From positions 1 through 64,000 of IMG/VR virus record IMGVR_UViG_2648501152_000001: a stretch of 64,000 bases of DNA; one strand, 5' to 3'. The notes beneath the pieces are model-generated. The model was given only the letters and a program-made list of their open reading frames with translations. It was not told the DNA's origin and did not search any database. Source of the DNA: a virus (lineage: Duplodnaviria > Caudoviricetes). Both the position numbers and the translations under genes were made by a program. Of this stretch, positions 20,700-32,297 are shown one piece after another (position 1 is the stretch's first letter; every line of letters starts with the position of its first letter).

Positions 20700-20975
20700 G
20701 TGACTGACGGAAGTCATTGCGGTAATGAGGCCGTGGACGATCAGATCGTGTGCACGCTCTGCGGCGCGGCTGTGTGGGAGTTCGGGCGTGATCGGCACGA
20801 CGAGTGGCATCGTGCCGTTGAGGATGCGTTCAAGGCTCAGGCACGCGAGTTTTACCGCCTGGTGGATGTGGTGTGCGGGAAGCCTCCGCGTGCCCCGTAT
20901 CGGCGCCCGATGTTGGATGAGGAGTGCGAGCGGATGGCGGAGGTTCTGCGGGATCTCGGCATCAACGTTGACTGA
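20700..20975 (+). CDS. Hypothetical Zn-finger protein
   Basis: CTLCGAAV......HDEWH. Confidence 0.55.
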   Translation: MTDGSHCGNEAVDDQIVCTLCGAAVWEFGRDRHDEWHRAVEDAFKAQAREFYRLVDVVCGKPPRAPYRRPMLDEECERMAEVLRDLGINVD

Positions 20976-21037
20976 TCTCCGCGCATGCGTAATGACCCCG
21001 GACCGTGTGGTTCGGGGGCATTACTTGTCTCTAGGCG

Positions 21038-21298
21038 CTAGTCCCAGTTGCCGAGCCATTCGTCGGGCTGCTGTACCGTCCACGGGTCTTCGGGGTTGCG
21101 GTAGCCGGCGCCCTGCACATCGGCGGGCGGGGTGAGGTCGGTGGCGCGGAGGATCGCGAGGGTGTGGGCGTGCCGTTTCCAGGTGATGCGGAGGGCGGGG
21201 AGGTCTGCGCCGGGCTCGGTGGCGCGCTGTTCGGTGAGCTGCTGCAAGGCTTCGGTTTGGGCAATGCGGGCGGTGATGGCGGCAGTGTGGGTGTTCAT
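21038..21298 (-). CDS. Small protein under repeated promoter motif
   Basis: GGGAG RBS; upstream TTGATT-17-TACGGT and GTGTACCCACAC. Confidence 0.7.
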   Translation of the reverse strand: MNTHTAAITARIAQTEALQQLTEQRATEPGADLPALRITWKRHAHTLAILRATDLTPPADVQGAGYRNPEDPWTVQQPDEWLGNWD

Positions 21299-21439
21299 GA
21301 TGTGGCTCCCGTCAACTCGGTGTGTGGGTACACCGTAACTCTCATGTGTCCGTAAATCAACCGTTGGGACGTGTTGACCAAACCCGAACTAGCGGTGTAG
21401 CGTCTACGACATCAGCAACCGGCAACCAGGAGGCCCACG

Positions 21440-21757
21440 ATGAGCGACTACACCCGCCGCGACCTGCTCGCAGCCCTCGACCTCGACGGCACCTACGACG
21501 GCTTCACCTTCACCGTCGGGCGCTTCGACGACACCAACTGGAAAGGCAGCTACGACCCCGAGTCGGGCAAGCCCGCCGTCGCATGGGTCGAATACGTCAC
21601 CCTCGATGGCGACCGCACCGAAATCGAATACGACGCGGACCGCGCCGGCGACGAACTCCACTCCCTCTACTTGCTGGACGGCTTCGACCCCGAGCATGGC
21701 GTGCAGGTGACGGTGTCGCCGTGGTGGTTGTTCTACACGGGTCAGCTCGCCGCCTAA
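21440..21757 (+). CDS. Acidic hypothetical protein
   Basis: AGGAGG RBS, own promoter-like sequence, downstream hairpin. Confidence 0.7.
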   Translation: MSDYTRRDLLAALDLDGTYDGFTFTVGRFDDTNWKGSYDPESGKPAVAWVEYVTLDGDRTEIEYDADRAGDELHSLYLLDGFDPEHGVQVTVSPWWLFYTGQLAA

Positions 21758-21819
21758 CAGCTTCGGGCGGGTGCGTTGGGGATAGCGCACCCGCCCGACA
21801 CCAACCGAAATGAACCATC

Positions 21820-23102
21820 GTGGGAATCAGAGAAGAACTCGCACGGATAGTGTGGGAGAACGCAAACCCGGGGCTCAGTGCCGATGAATGGTTCTACTCC
21901 ACGGCCACATATCGCACTGTCGACGCGATCCTGGCGCGCTTCACGGTCGTGGAACTGCCCGAGCACGTGATCCCGCAGGCTGCGACCCGACCGGCATGGC
22001 TGGCTTCGCGCCCTGACGGTGACCGCAAGTACTTGGTAGCCGCCGACACGGACGTGGTGCTGGCGCTTGGGGTACGAATGACGCCTTCCGAATCTAGGGA
22101 ACTCGCAGCCGCGCTTCTCGCCGCGGCCAATCTCGCGGAGGAGAACGCATGACGACCGCAGTGTCGGCTGAGGATCGGGTGCAGGAGTTGGAGGTCGCCC
22201 TCGCGGTGACCCAAACCCAACTCCGGTCCACCACGCGCGCCCTGGAGGTGGAGCAGGCCCGAGCGACACGCCTCCAAACCGATTTGGACGACAGTGAGGC
22301 TCGGTGGGCGATTGTGTCCCTGTTCCTCGCACAAAAAGGCTGCTACGACCGCAAGTTGGCCGAACCCGAAACTCATGCGATTGAGCGGGTCGGGTGGGCT
22401 GCCGCAGCGGATGCACGCCGGCGCCTGGCGGACATGCTGGACGAACACGACCGGAAGACCGTGAAGGAGACAGACAGTGAATGATCTGGTGCAGGAGTTG
22501 GCTGTGCTCATCGACATGCGCGCCCACAACCCCGCCTACCCCAACCACAACACCATGCCCGCCTCGATCGCGGCCGCTGAAGCGATCGTGGCGCGCTACA
22601 CCCTCACCCGACAGGAGAACATGTAATGACGAACATTACGGGCGATGTGCTGCGAGCTGTCGCCGATTGGTACGACAGGCAGCCCGGCACGGATGTGCTG
22701 GTGAGTCGACTCCGAGACGACGCCACAAAGGCAGACGTGGAGGCGCAGTTGCTCGACAACCTCGCGTACGTGTACTGCAATGCTGCGTACGAGTACGGCT
22801 ACTTCAACGGCCTGCATGAAGAGGGTCAGACGAGGGTCCGCGCCGGCATCCGGGCTGTGCTGGACGCGCTTGCGGAAGACGTGGATGTGGAGATCGTGGA
22901 CGACGAGCCGCGCCAGTGGGACCGCATCAAGGATGTGCCTGACGATGTGGTCGTTTCCGATAAGGAGGGCGATCGCTGGAAGATTGAGGAAAGACAACTC
23001 GTGTTCAGCCGTCGAGGAAACGACTTCATTCGCTGGACTGAATCATTGTCAGACGCCGATAACTACGCGCCGTTCACTGAGATTGTGGATGGTGCCCAGT
23101 GA
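21820..23102 (+). other. Run of small hypothetical genes (21820-22152, 22149-22484, 22626-23102)
   Basis: Coupled ORFs with GGAG RBSs. Confidence 0.6.
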
Positions 23103-23278
23103 AGCGGGACGCGCCGGACCACACCGGCATCCACCGCGGAACCCACGCCCTCCTGTTGGCGATCACGGATCACAGCATCAAAGACGCCGACGAAGCCTTC
23201 GCCCTCATGGCTAGGCGTGAACTGAAACTCGTCACCTAACCCCGTGCTTCAAACCCCGTTGAATCCCGACAACTCAAC

Positions 23279-23653
23279 TTGGAGCACAAATTGAATACAG
23301 GTTTGAATGTGGTGTTGTTACAGCAGGTTGTGGCTGCGATCGAACAACACCCTGAGCAATATAATCCGGCGTTCTACCGCGACCTGGACGTGACACCCGT
23401 GACGTTCGATCTCGCGGGGTGGACAGCCGAGGTGGTGGGGATGCCGTGGTGTGAGGGCGAGCTGGCCGAGTTTTGTATCGAGGGTCCGTGTGGTGATCCG
23501 ATCGCCGTGGATTTTTGGGCGGCGGAAGCGTTGGGGTTGGATGCGGAGCAGGCGTCGAAGATGTTCCGTGAACTGTATGAGAACCCGCACGCCGCCCTGG
23601 ATTACGCACGCACGTTGATCATGAGCAACCTGGAGGTGTGGACTGATGTTTGA
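23279..23653 (+). CDS. Hypothetical protein
   Basis: ORF overlapping WhiB start; start uncertain. Confidence 0.5.
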   Translation: MEHKLNTGLNVVLLQQVVAAIEQHPEQYNPAFYRDLDVTPVTFDLAGWTAEVVGMPWCEGELAEFCIEGPCGDPIAVDFWAAEALGLDAEQASKMFRELYENPHAALDYARTLIMSNLEVWTDV

Positions 23654-24116
23654 TTGGCGGGACGCTGCGTACTGCGCCACCGAACACGTGGAGGCGTACA
23701 CGACAGACAACCTGCCCGAGCCGACCGCTCGACACGAATGCACCATGCGGGCACGGATCGTGGAGAAACTGTGCGGTCCGTGCCCCGTGTGGCGGGAATG
23801 CGGCATGGAAGCGTTGCAGTATGACACGCGGGGTGTGATCCGGGCTGGTATTGCGTTTCCTGATGTGAAGGTTGGTTCGGCGCGCCGGCGGTTGATGGTG
23901 CGGTTGGGGTTGTCGGGTGATCCGCTTCAGGAGAAGGCGGCGGTTCCGCGTACGCATTGCGATCGTGATCATGAGTTGGTGGGCGACAACGTTATTGTGC
24001 GGAAGGACGGTGCTCGGTTGTGTCGGGCGTGTTCGTTGGCTCGTGGTGCGGAGCGTCGGGCGAAGGCTAGGGCTCAGCGTGAGTCGCGGTTGGCGTTGTT
24101 GAGGGAGGCGGCGTGA
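23646..24116 (+). CDS. WhiB-family transcription factor
   Basis: WRDAAYC..C..LCGPCPVWREC...GVIRAG; THCDRDH..CRAC. Confidence 0.8.
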   Translation: MFDWRDAAYCATEHVEAYTTDNLPEPTARHECTMRARIVEKLCGPCPVWRECGMEALQYDTRGVIRAGIAFPDVKVGSARRRLMVRLGLSGDPLQEKAAVPRTHCDRDHELVGDNVIVRKDGARLCRACSLARGAERRAKARAQRESRLALLREAA

Positions 24117-24475
24117 ACGGTTTGTGTGAGGAACGTGCGGACGGCTACCCATGCACCCGCGATTCGGGGCACGGTGGTTGGTGTGAGCACGAGAACGAGC
24201 ATGGGGAAATCGATCACAGGTGGAAGGCGGACACGTGAACGGTGCCGAACATTACGAGCATGCGCAGGATCTCATGGACGATTCGTGGGAGGCGCGGGGT
24301 TCGGAGCGCGCAGAGCTGGTGGCGGCCGCCCATGTTCATGCGACACTGGCGCAGGCCGCAGCGACCGCCGCGCTGTTGACGGTGAACCCGGCGTTCGCGG
24401 ACTACAACGAAGCCCGCGCCTGGGCTGACGTTTTGAACGACTGAACCAGTTACTACACACACGGATGGACAACAC

Positions 24476-25186
24476 ATGACACCGAAACCCTACTATCAGG
24501 ACGACTTCGTGACCCTCTACCACGGGGACTACAAAGAAATTGCGGAGAGCATGCCGGACGCATCGGCGGATTGTGTCATCACTGACCCGCCATACACGGA
24601 CCGAACCCACACGAAGGCGAAGACCAACAAAGGCGCCGGCAATTCGCAGGCAATCGAATTCGCTCCGTTCAGCGATGACGATCTCACGCATGCGTTGATG
24701 CAGTGCGGTCGGATCTCGAAGCGGTGGGTCATTGCATCACTCGACTACGCGCACGCATTCAGCCTCGATGCGAACCCGCCGGAGGGGTTGCGCTCGATGC
24801 GGGTCGGCGTATGGGTGAAAACAAACCCGATGCCGCAGATTACTGGAGATAGGCCAGGCCAGGGGTGGGAGGCGATCTTGTTCATGCACAGGGCTGGGGT
24901 TAGGTCGACGTGGAATGGTGGCGGACGGTCGGGTGTGTGGACGTTCCCTGTGGTCCAGAACGCGGGTCATCCGACTTCTAAGCCGCTGGGAATGGTTTCG
25001 GAGTGGGTTCGTCTGTTCACGGACCCTGGCGGAACCGTGTTTGACCCGTTCGCTGGCAGTGGGACAACGTTGCGCGCCGCGAAGAACACTGGGCGCCGAG
25101 CGATCGGCGTGGAGCTGGAGGAACGCTACTGCGAGATCATCGCGCAGCGTTGCAGTCAAGAAGTGCTCGATTTCGGTATTGCGTAG
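24476..25186 (+). CDS. DNA adenine methyltransferase (beta class)
   Basis: TDPPY, HPTSKP, FDPFAGSGTT. Confidence 0.93.
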   Translation: MTPKPYYQDDFVTLYHGDYKEIAESMPDASADCVITDPPYTDRTHTKAKTNKGAGNSQAIEFAPFSDDDLTHALMQCGRISKRWVIASLDYAHAFSLDANPPEGLRSMRVGVWVKTNPMPQITGDRPGQGWEAILFMHRAGVRSTWNGGGRSGVWTFPVVQNAGHPTSKPLGMVSEWVRLFTDPGGTVFDPFAGSGTTLRAAKNTGRRAIGVELEERYCEIIAQRCSQEVLDFGIA

Positions 25187-25517
25187 GAGGAATAATGCGG
25201 TACTTGCTCGGGATGTTTGCGGCAATTCTGGTGTCGGGTTACACGACGGTCAACCACATGACCAGGTTCGAAAGGCAGGGGCGGTGAAGTGAGGTGGCCG
25301 GGTGGAGCGTGTCGAGTATGCGGTGCGACGGGTGACGCGGGGCGGGGAAGTGTGGTGGCAACCCTATCCGTCCAGGATGGCAGCCGAACGTGAGCGGCGG
25401 GACGGCACAGTGGTGCGGCGTATCGTGACGATCGGTGCGTGGATACCCGCATCGTCTTGTGTCATTGCCTAAACCCGTATACGATGAACGTGACCAGTAA
25501 ACGGGGGAGGATTCATC

Positions 25518-25793
25518 GTGGGGCGTGACCCATTCACCGACGCAGTATGCCGACAGGACGAGTGGTATGAGGATGCTGTGTTGCGGCGCGGGAATTTGTG
25601 GGACTGGAAGATCGGCGACGAGTCGGACACCGAACAAGCCGAACGCCACACCATCGCCGCGCAACTCTGCCGCACGTGCCCCAACTACCACGACCAGACT
25701 TGCGCCGACGAACACACACTCATGACCACCCACTACGGCGAACACCCCGGCATTTGGGCCGGCACCCGACACACCCCCAAGGCAGACCAATGA
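25518..25793 (+). CDS. WhiB-like protein
   Basis: AVC...AAQLCRTCP....C...GIWAG. Confidence 0.7.
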   Translation: MGRDPFTDAVCRQDEWYEDAVLRRGNLWDWKIGDESDTEQAERHTIAAQLCRTCPNYHDQTCADEHTLMTTHYGEHPGIWAGTRHTPKADQ

Positions 25794-26170
25794 CCTACCG
25801 CATCACCGTGGACATGCCGAGGCCCCCGCTCACTTCGAACGATCAGCGGCGCGCACACTGGACGAAAGTCCGCAACGCCAAAGCGGAAGCCGCCAGCCAG
25901 ATCATCACCCTCGTTAAACGCGACGGGATTCCGTTCATGCTGGACCGCGTGGACGTGACAGTCATCTGGTTCGCACCCGACGCACGTCGCCGCGACTCAG
26001 ACTCACTCGGCCCCTACTGCAAGGCCGTTCTGGATGCGCTCGTCGAAGCAGGTGTGCTATGCGATGACGATTCCAGGTATGTCCGCCAAACGGCGATGAG
26101 AGTGGATACCGACCGTACGAATCCACGTATCGAAATTCTCATCGAACCCATCTACCAGGAGACAGCATGA
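25790..26170 (+). CDS. rusA: RusA-like Holliday junction resolvase
   Basis: RRRDSD....KAVLDALVEAGVLCDDD. Confidence 0.85.
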   Translation: MTYRITVDMPRPPLTSNDQRRAHWTKVRNAKAEAASQIITLVKRDGIPFMLDRVDVTVIWFAPDARRRDSDSLGPYCKAVLDALVEAGVLCDDDSRYVRQTAMRVDTDRTNPRIEILIEPIYQETA

Positions 26171-26420
26171 GCGAGGTTTCAGGCAACCCAACGACAGGCC
26201 GCACCACAGACCTGTTCGTCCTTTTCCTCGACCACGAAAATGGTGTCGAGTTCCGCATGGGTGGCGAGTTCGACTACAACGCCAAGCGACGCGCATTCGC
26301 ATACAGGAAGCCTGCAATCTCCTACGCCCGCAAGCATGGCGCGAAGGTAGCGCATATCGAGTTCCCGCCACGTGGCATTCCGGTCGTTGTCGGCGTGATC
26401 GACCCGAGTGAGGTTCCCGC

Positions 26421-26582
26421 ATGACGGATGTTTCGGTGACGCAGTTGCGCCGGCACACCACAGACATCATCAACCGCGCCGCAGCAGGCGAACGTGTCCC
26501 GATCACCCGCAATGGTCGTGTGATCGCCTACGCCATCCCCTACACCGACCTGATCCGACTCACCAACCTGGAGACCACATGA
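26421..26582 (+). CDS. Phd/YefM-family antitoxin-like protein (53 aa)
   Basis: Manual translation MTDVSVTQLRRHTTDIINRAAAGERVPITRNGRVIAYAIP; ATGA-coupled both sides. Confidence 0.75.
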   Translation: MTDVSVTQLRRHTTDIINRAAAGERVPITRNGRVIAYAIPYTDLIRLTNLETT

Positions 26583-26782
26583 TGTGGGCGTTCCTCTACG
26601 TCGCAGGACTCATCGTGACGTGGGTCGGACTGATTCGCGTAACCAAAAAGCATGTGCCTGCCCATGACGTTCCTGACGAGATTGCGACCGTGTGGCTGTG
26701 TCTTCTCGCGGCTGCGGTGTGGCCGCTCACCGGGACTATCGCCGTCGTCTGGCATCTGACATTCAACTCTGAGGAGAAGTAA

Positions 26783-27919
26783 GTGAAGTTTCGTGTTGAC
26801 CGTAAAGCGCTCGCGGACACCATCGCCGTTGTCGCGAAGAGTCTGCCGTCGAAGCCACCCACCCCGGTGCTCGCTGGCGTGAAGCTCACCGCCGATAGTG
26901 GGGTGTTGCGGGTGGAGGGTTTCGATTACGAAACGTCGACGCGGGCGCATGTGGTGGCGGACGTGCTGGACGAAGGTAGCGTCCTGGTGTCGGGGAAGCT
27001 GTTGGCGGACATCACGAAAGCCCTCCCGCAGAAGCCCGTGGAGGTGTCGGTGGATGGTGCTCGTGTCGGGATCGTGTGCGGTAGCGCGAAGTTTTCCCTG
27101 CCCACGATGCCCGTCGCGGATTATCCGGCCCTGCCTAGTTTCCCTGCCACCACGGGTTCGCTGCCGACGGAGGTGTTCGAGACCGTGGTCGGGCAGGTTG
27201 CTGCGGCGGCGGGTAAGGATGACACTCTGCCGATGCTCACGGGCATCAAAGTCGAAGCCGAGAACGGGGAACTCACGCTCGCGGCGACGGATCGGTTCCG
27301 GCTCGCCATCCGCACCCTCGACTGGACGGGCGGCGACGTCAACGCTTTGATTCCCGCCAAAACTCTCGCCGATGTCGCCCGCAACGTGCCCACCGGCCTC
27401 GACAACGTGGATGTCGGGTTCCATGAGGGGCTGTTCGGTGCGGATACGGGGAATGTGTGGACGACGGCGCGGGTGTTGGATGCGGAGTTCCCGAAGTTCC
27501 GGCAGCTTCTCCCGACGGAGCATTCGGCGGTGGCGGGTGTGGACGTGCAGGAGCTGGCGGGCGCGGTGAAGCGCGTCGGCCTGGTCGCGGAACGCGGCGC
27601 ACAAATCCGGCTCACGTTCGACGCGGGTTCGCTCACGGTCACCGCAGGAACCGACGGGGAGAGCAGTGCCGAGGAAACCCTGGCTGCCACGTTCGCCGGC
27701 GAACCATTGACCATCGCCTTCAACCCCGGCTACCTCCTCGACGGACTCCACGTCATCGACACCGACCGGGTGCTGTTCGGATTCACCACACCGAATCGCC
27801 CGGCCACGCTGCGACCCGTCAGTGAGGACGTTCGGTACACAACCCGCGGACCGTATCAGCCACTCAGCACCGATTTCGTGTACCTGCTCATGCCCGTCCG
27901 ACTCCCCAACACCAACTAG
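26783..27919 (+). CDS. dnaN: DNA polymerase III beta sliding clamp
   Basis: MKFRVDR..LAD, LAATDRFRLA, EFPKFRQL, IAFNPGYLLDGL, YLLMPVRLP. Confidence 0.96.
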   Translation: MKFRVDRKALADTIAVVAKSLPSKPPTPVLAGVKLTADSGVLRVEGFDYETSTRAHVVADVLDEGSVLVSGKLLADITKALPQKPVEVSVDGARVGIVCGSAKFSLPTMPVADYPALPSFPATTGSLPTEVFETVVGQVAAAAGKDDTLPMLTGIKVEAENGELTLAATDRFRLAIRTLDWTGGDVNALIPAKTLADVARNVPTGLDNVDVGFHEGLFGADTGNVWTTARVLDAEFPKFRQLLPTEHSAVAGVDVQELAGAVKRVGLVAERGAQIRLTFDAGSLTVTAGTDGESSAEETLAATFAGEPLTIAFNPGYLLDGLHVIDTDRVLFGFTTPNRPATLRPVSEDVRYTTRGPYQPLSTDFVYLLMPVRLPNTN

Positions 27920-27928
27920 GAGACAACC

Positions 27929-30658
27929 GTGAAGGTTCGGGAACTTCTCGAAAAGCTGTCAGGACTTGACCTGGACACGGAGGTGCTACTCATTCCAGCC
28001 AAGTCATCGGGTGTGTCAGATCGGCCCCGCGTGCGCGTGGAGGACGGCGCCACCTCACGCTACGGGTACGTGCTCCCTGTGAGTCTGTACGGCGAGATGA
28101 GCGGGGATAGCCGACCTGTCGTTTGGATCAGCTAGTTCGTTTCGGGGCGGCATCCGTGTGGGTGTCGCCCCGAACCCCCATCGAAAGGAACCTTGTGGAG
28201 ACACGCACCGAATGGTGGACCGTCGACACCCACGGCACACGGGTGGCGGACGGCGCCACCCGCCAGGAAGCCCTCGCAAGTCACGAGGTATTGCGCCGGC
28301 AGATCGCACTACACCTCACTGAGATGCGGGTTTACGGAATCACATCGGGCATTCAACCGATCGAGAAGCCTGCTGGGGTGTTCTGCCGCACGTACACCAC
28401 CACGGTGGTCGACAGTGAGATCGAGGAGCTGTGACATGAAGGATTTTCATGCGCGGATGCGATCCGCGACCGCGAAACCCCGGCCTGGCACCTCGCTGGT
28501 GGAGATGAAGGTGCGGGATTCTGTGCAGGACTATCGGCACGCGCTGTCGGAGGCGGAGCATTTGATGCGGTTCGGTGTGCCGCGTGAGCAGGCGTTTGAG
28601 CGTGTGGGGTTGACGGTGGAGCAGGTTGTGAAGCGGGAATCACGGGAGCGTGCATCATGAGCAGTTACGTGATATCCGAGGCTGCGCACTGGGTGTTGGA
28701 TCATCCGCAACGCGACACTCTGTGGCGTTATTACCGTTCGCTCGTCGTGGAACCGGAATCTCCGTGGGCTGGCGAGGTGGATTACACCGCAGCGAATGAG
28801 TGGCTGGTCGAAACCTATAGGAACGGAAGTGCATCGTGAGTCAAGACATGAGGCGTGAGCGTGCGGGTGTGTCGTTTGAAACGATCGCCGGCGCCACACA
28901 GTACATCGCAGAGTTGGAGCAGGAGAACTACGAGCTCAAGCATCTGCGCGAGGATGACAAGTCCGAGACCGTCGAACTTCTCGTGGAGGCAGAGAACCGG
29001 TCACGCCGCATCGAAGAGCTGGAAGCCGAGAACACGAGCCTGAAAGCGCGGATTGGTAGCGTGAGAGACGCAATCATGAGCGACAACCACAAGATTCGGT
29101 GGCTCCTACTGGAAGCTTTGGACGGCCCTGATGTCTGAGGTGTCGTTGTTTGATGAGTCGCCCACGATCGTGTGGTGTTTCGTGTGCGAACAGGACGTGG
29201 AGTCCACCGTGGAGTGCTGGAAGGAATGCGTGAAATGAAGCCCCTAATGGTGTTGTCGTTGGTGTTCATGCCGGTCGCGGTGGGGTTGCAAACCCTCGCC
29301 CTGGTGCGAGAGGGGGTGCAGTCGTGGACGAAATAGATGCTCTGCGGGCTGAGGTTGCCCGTTTGCGGCACGAGAATGACACGTTGCACGCCCAGTTGGA
29401 TGCGGTGAAGGCGCAGCGGGATACTTACGCTGCTCTCAGCAACCATCCTGTTCGAGCTGTACACTAAAAACAATCACGGTAACCGGGAGGCGATGTGCGG
29501 CTCTACTTCACCCTCACCACCACAGGCGGCGAACACGGCACATTCGAAGCCTGGTGCGACCAGGGTCGGCAGTTCGTAAAGGTCGTCACCCATTCGACGG
29601 GTGTGGAAACGACTGTCACGTATCCGACGGTTCCGTTGGGCGACAAGTGGTCGTTCATCGCACTCGCCCTCCGCGACATCGAGTTGCAGGCGATCCGTGA
29701 CCGCCTCGAAACCACGCAACGCGCTCTCGCTGGCGTGGTGCACGCCTCATGATCGGCTTCACCCCGATGCGGCTGGTGTGCCGTGACTGCTACGAAACGT
29801 ATTGGTTCGGGCGCGTCCTGTCTGGCGTGGAGTTGGCTGAGGTGTGGCGCGCGCACCAGTGGACACACGCCGACTATGTGATCGAGATCGACCACGAAAC
29901 CTACAACATTCGACGAACCGGAGACACCACATGACCGACCTGACATTCACGCTCGAGGAAGACACCCCGCAGGCATGGCGCGACCTCATCGGAGCGCTCG
30001 TCAAGTTGTCGAAGTATCCCAGCGACTGCGTTTCGCCCTTCCATTGCGAGCACGACACCCTCACGGTGAATAGCGATCCGGGGTGCTTCTCGTCGGACGA
30101 ACTCGCCGAACTCGAAAAGTTGGGGTTCTTTGCGGGGAGCGAGTATGACGACCAGGCGTTCACGTCATTCCGCTTCGGTAGTGCCTAGCGGCATTGGGGC
30201 AACGGTGACTGACCGCGCCATGCTACGCCGCGCCCGGCGCCTGCACTACCTCCGCAACCTCCACCACGCACTCGAAAGGACCACCCATGAACAACATCGA
30301 CATGACACTCAACTGCCCGCACTGCAACGAGACGTACTGGAATGGCGGAGCACTCCACGACTGGGAGGTCGACATCATGCGCACATCCCACGATTCCGGG
30401 TGTAGCGCTCGCGAAAAGTTCAAGCGTCCCGAACCCGATGACGTGATGTATCCGGCGTGGTCGTTCGCCCCTGTTGGCTCCTGGACACTCGAAGACGATG
30501 ATCCGCGCCCGTACGGGAAGCCTCGCCGTCGCAGCGCAACAGAACTCGGGTTGCGTGCCCCTGATCGCACGCGCGCCACCGTGTACGCCGGCGAAATCCT
30601 CGAACGCCAATCGAACGGCCGCTACACCCTGTGGATGGACGGTGGACGACGTGTCTGA
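27929..30658 (+). other. Cluster of small hypothetical genes
   Basis: Overlapping short + strand ORFs (e.g. 27929-28135, 28657-28839, 28836-29138, 29495-29752, 29749-29934, 30287-30658). Confidence 0.55.
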
Positions 30659-30929
30659 CCTCCGGTGGGAAGCCCTCGATATTGTGCACCGCGTCCAACC
30701 CGCCGAAGGATCGTGGCCCGAAGTGCTGCATGACCTGCACTGGAACGACGGCTGGCGGATAGAAGCGATCCGCAACGACATTCTTGCTCGTGGCGCGTGC
30801 ACGATCCCGATCCGCGTCACCTCCACCGAGTCGGGGTTTCGGGTGGTGGATGGGCATCGAAGGGTGGCGGCTGCGTTGTCGTTGTTGGTGGATGTGCCCG
30901 TGGAAATCGTGAACGGAGACGAAGCGTGA
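30651..30929 (+). CDS. ParB/Srx-like domain protein
   Basis: PIRV......RVVDGHRRVAAA. Confidence 0.75.
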   Translation: MSDLRWEALDIVHRVQPAEGSWPEVLHDLHWNDGWRIEAIRNDILARGACTIPIRVTSTESGFRVVDGHRRVAAALSLLVDVPVEIVNGDEA

Positions 30930-31137
30930 GCTGGTTCAGTAAGGATTCGACCACGGTCAACGTCATCACGCCGACCCCGCAGCCGTACCAGGTTGTCGTG
31001 CTCAGATTGGCTGCACATATGCGCATCGAAGCGTATCCGGGTGCGGAACTGCTCGACTGGAAAGACCTCACGGACGCGCAGAAGGTGCCGTGGATCTTAA
31101 AAGCTGACAAGCGCATGCAAGAGAATGGATACGAGTC

Positions 31138-31869
31138 ATGAAACTCCACGTGCGTGGTAGTGGCAGCCCGATCTTGTTGTGTCACGGTATTGGTGCGGCG
31201 CAAGCATCGTGGGGCGAGTTCGCAGAGACCCTGTCGGAGTCGCATACGGTGATCACGTTTGATGCGCCCGGGTGTGGGGATGCGCCGGCACGTTGGGTTC
31301 CCTACACCATGCGATCCTTGGCTGCGGATGTGGCCTGTAAAGTACGGCAACGGTTCGGCAGGGTGCATGTCGCGGGCTTAAGTTGGGGTGGGGTGTTGGC
31401 GCAGCAGCTCGCCGCCGACCATCCCAGCCTCGTGGATCGACTGGTGTTGGTGTCTACGTCGGCGGGTGTGGGTGGGGTGATGCCCGCACCGCACGTCACC
31501 ATGCTCGCATCGACGCCACTGCGGTATGTGTGGCCGCGGTTTGGGGAGTGGGCGGCACCGATCTTGTATGGCGCGGGCGGCGGCAAAGTCCAAAGCGCAG
31601 CGCCGTCGATGGTGGGGTATGCGCATCAGTTGGCTGCGGTCGCCACCTGGCAGGGGTGCGGTGAGATCCAGGCGTCGACGTTGTTGGTGTGCGGGGAAGA
31701 CGACCGACTCACCCCCGTAGGTAACGCGCACATCCTGGGGGAACGCATCCCGGACTCGACGGTGGTGACGATCCCGGATGCGGGTCATTTGTGGCTGCTC
31801 AACGAACCAAGGGCTGCTGCTAAACTGGTTACCATGCACACAACAGGCAACCAGGAGAACGCCGCATGA
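31138..31869 (+). CDS. Alpha/beta hydrolase (PHA depolymerase-like)
   Basis: HGIGA, FDAPGCG, GLSWGG nucleophile elbow, GEDDRLTP, GHLWLL. Confidence 0.88.
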   Translation: MKLHVRGSGSPILLCHGIGAAQASWGEFAETLSESHTVITFDAPGCGDAPARWVPYTMRSLAADVACKVRQRFGRVHVAGLSWGGVLAQQLAADHPSLVDRLVLVSTSAGVGGVMPAPHVTMLASTPLRYVWPRFGEWAAPILYGAGGGKVQSAAPSMVGYAHQLAAVATWQGCGEIQASTLLVCGEDDRLTPVGNAHILGERIPDSTVVTIPDAGHLWLLNEPRAAAKLVTMHTTGNQENAA

Positions 31870-32297
31870 GCTGGTTCCAGCGCACTGCGCGACCCACTGC
31901 GGTCGCGGAACAGGCACACGCAGACGTTCCTCCCGCACCCAAGCCTGCGCATCCCACCGACGCGGAGATTGCAGCCGCCATCGACGAGGCCAATGCTGCA
32001 TACGTCGAAACCGTCCCCGATTTCGGTGCCACCACGGAATGCCGAGTATGTGGCGAACAGTCTCGGTTGACGCGCACATACGGGACACGCAAGACAGTCC
32101 TGGAGTCATTGCCGCCCGTCAAGTACGCGGTGTACGGCACCTACGAGAGCGGGGATCGCGAGGCCCCTCGCTATGTGATGCACGAGTATCTGACTGTGCG
32201 GTGCGGATCATGCGGTGTGGACCTGCCAGATGAGAAGCCGAAGAACTACGAACTGCCGAGCGTATCCGCTTACACGACAGGATGGGACGACTGGTGA
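31866..32297 (+). CDS. Hypothetical protein with two CxxC
   Basis: ATGA coupled; CRVCG, CGSCG. Confidence 0.6.
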   Translation: MSWFQRTARPTAVAEQAHADVPPAPKPAHPTDAEIAAAIDEANAAYVETVPDFGATTECRVCGEQSRLTRTYGTRKTVLESLPPVKYAVYGTYESGDREAPRYVMHEYLTVRCGSCGVDLPDEKPKNYELPSVSAYTTGWDDW

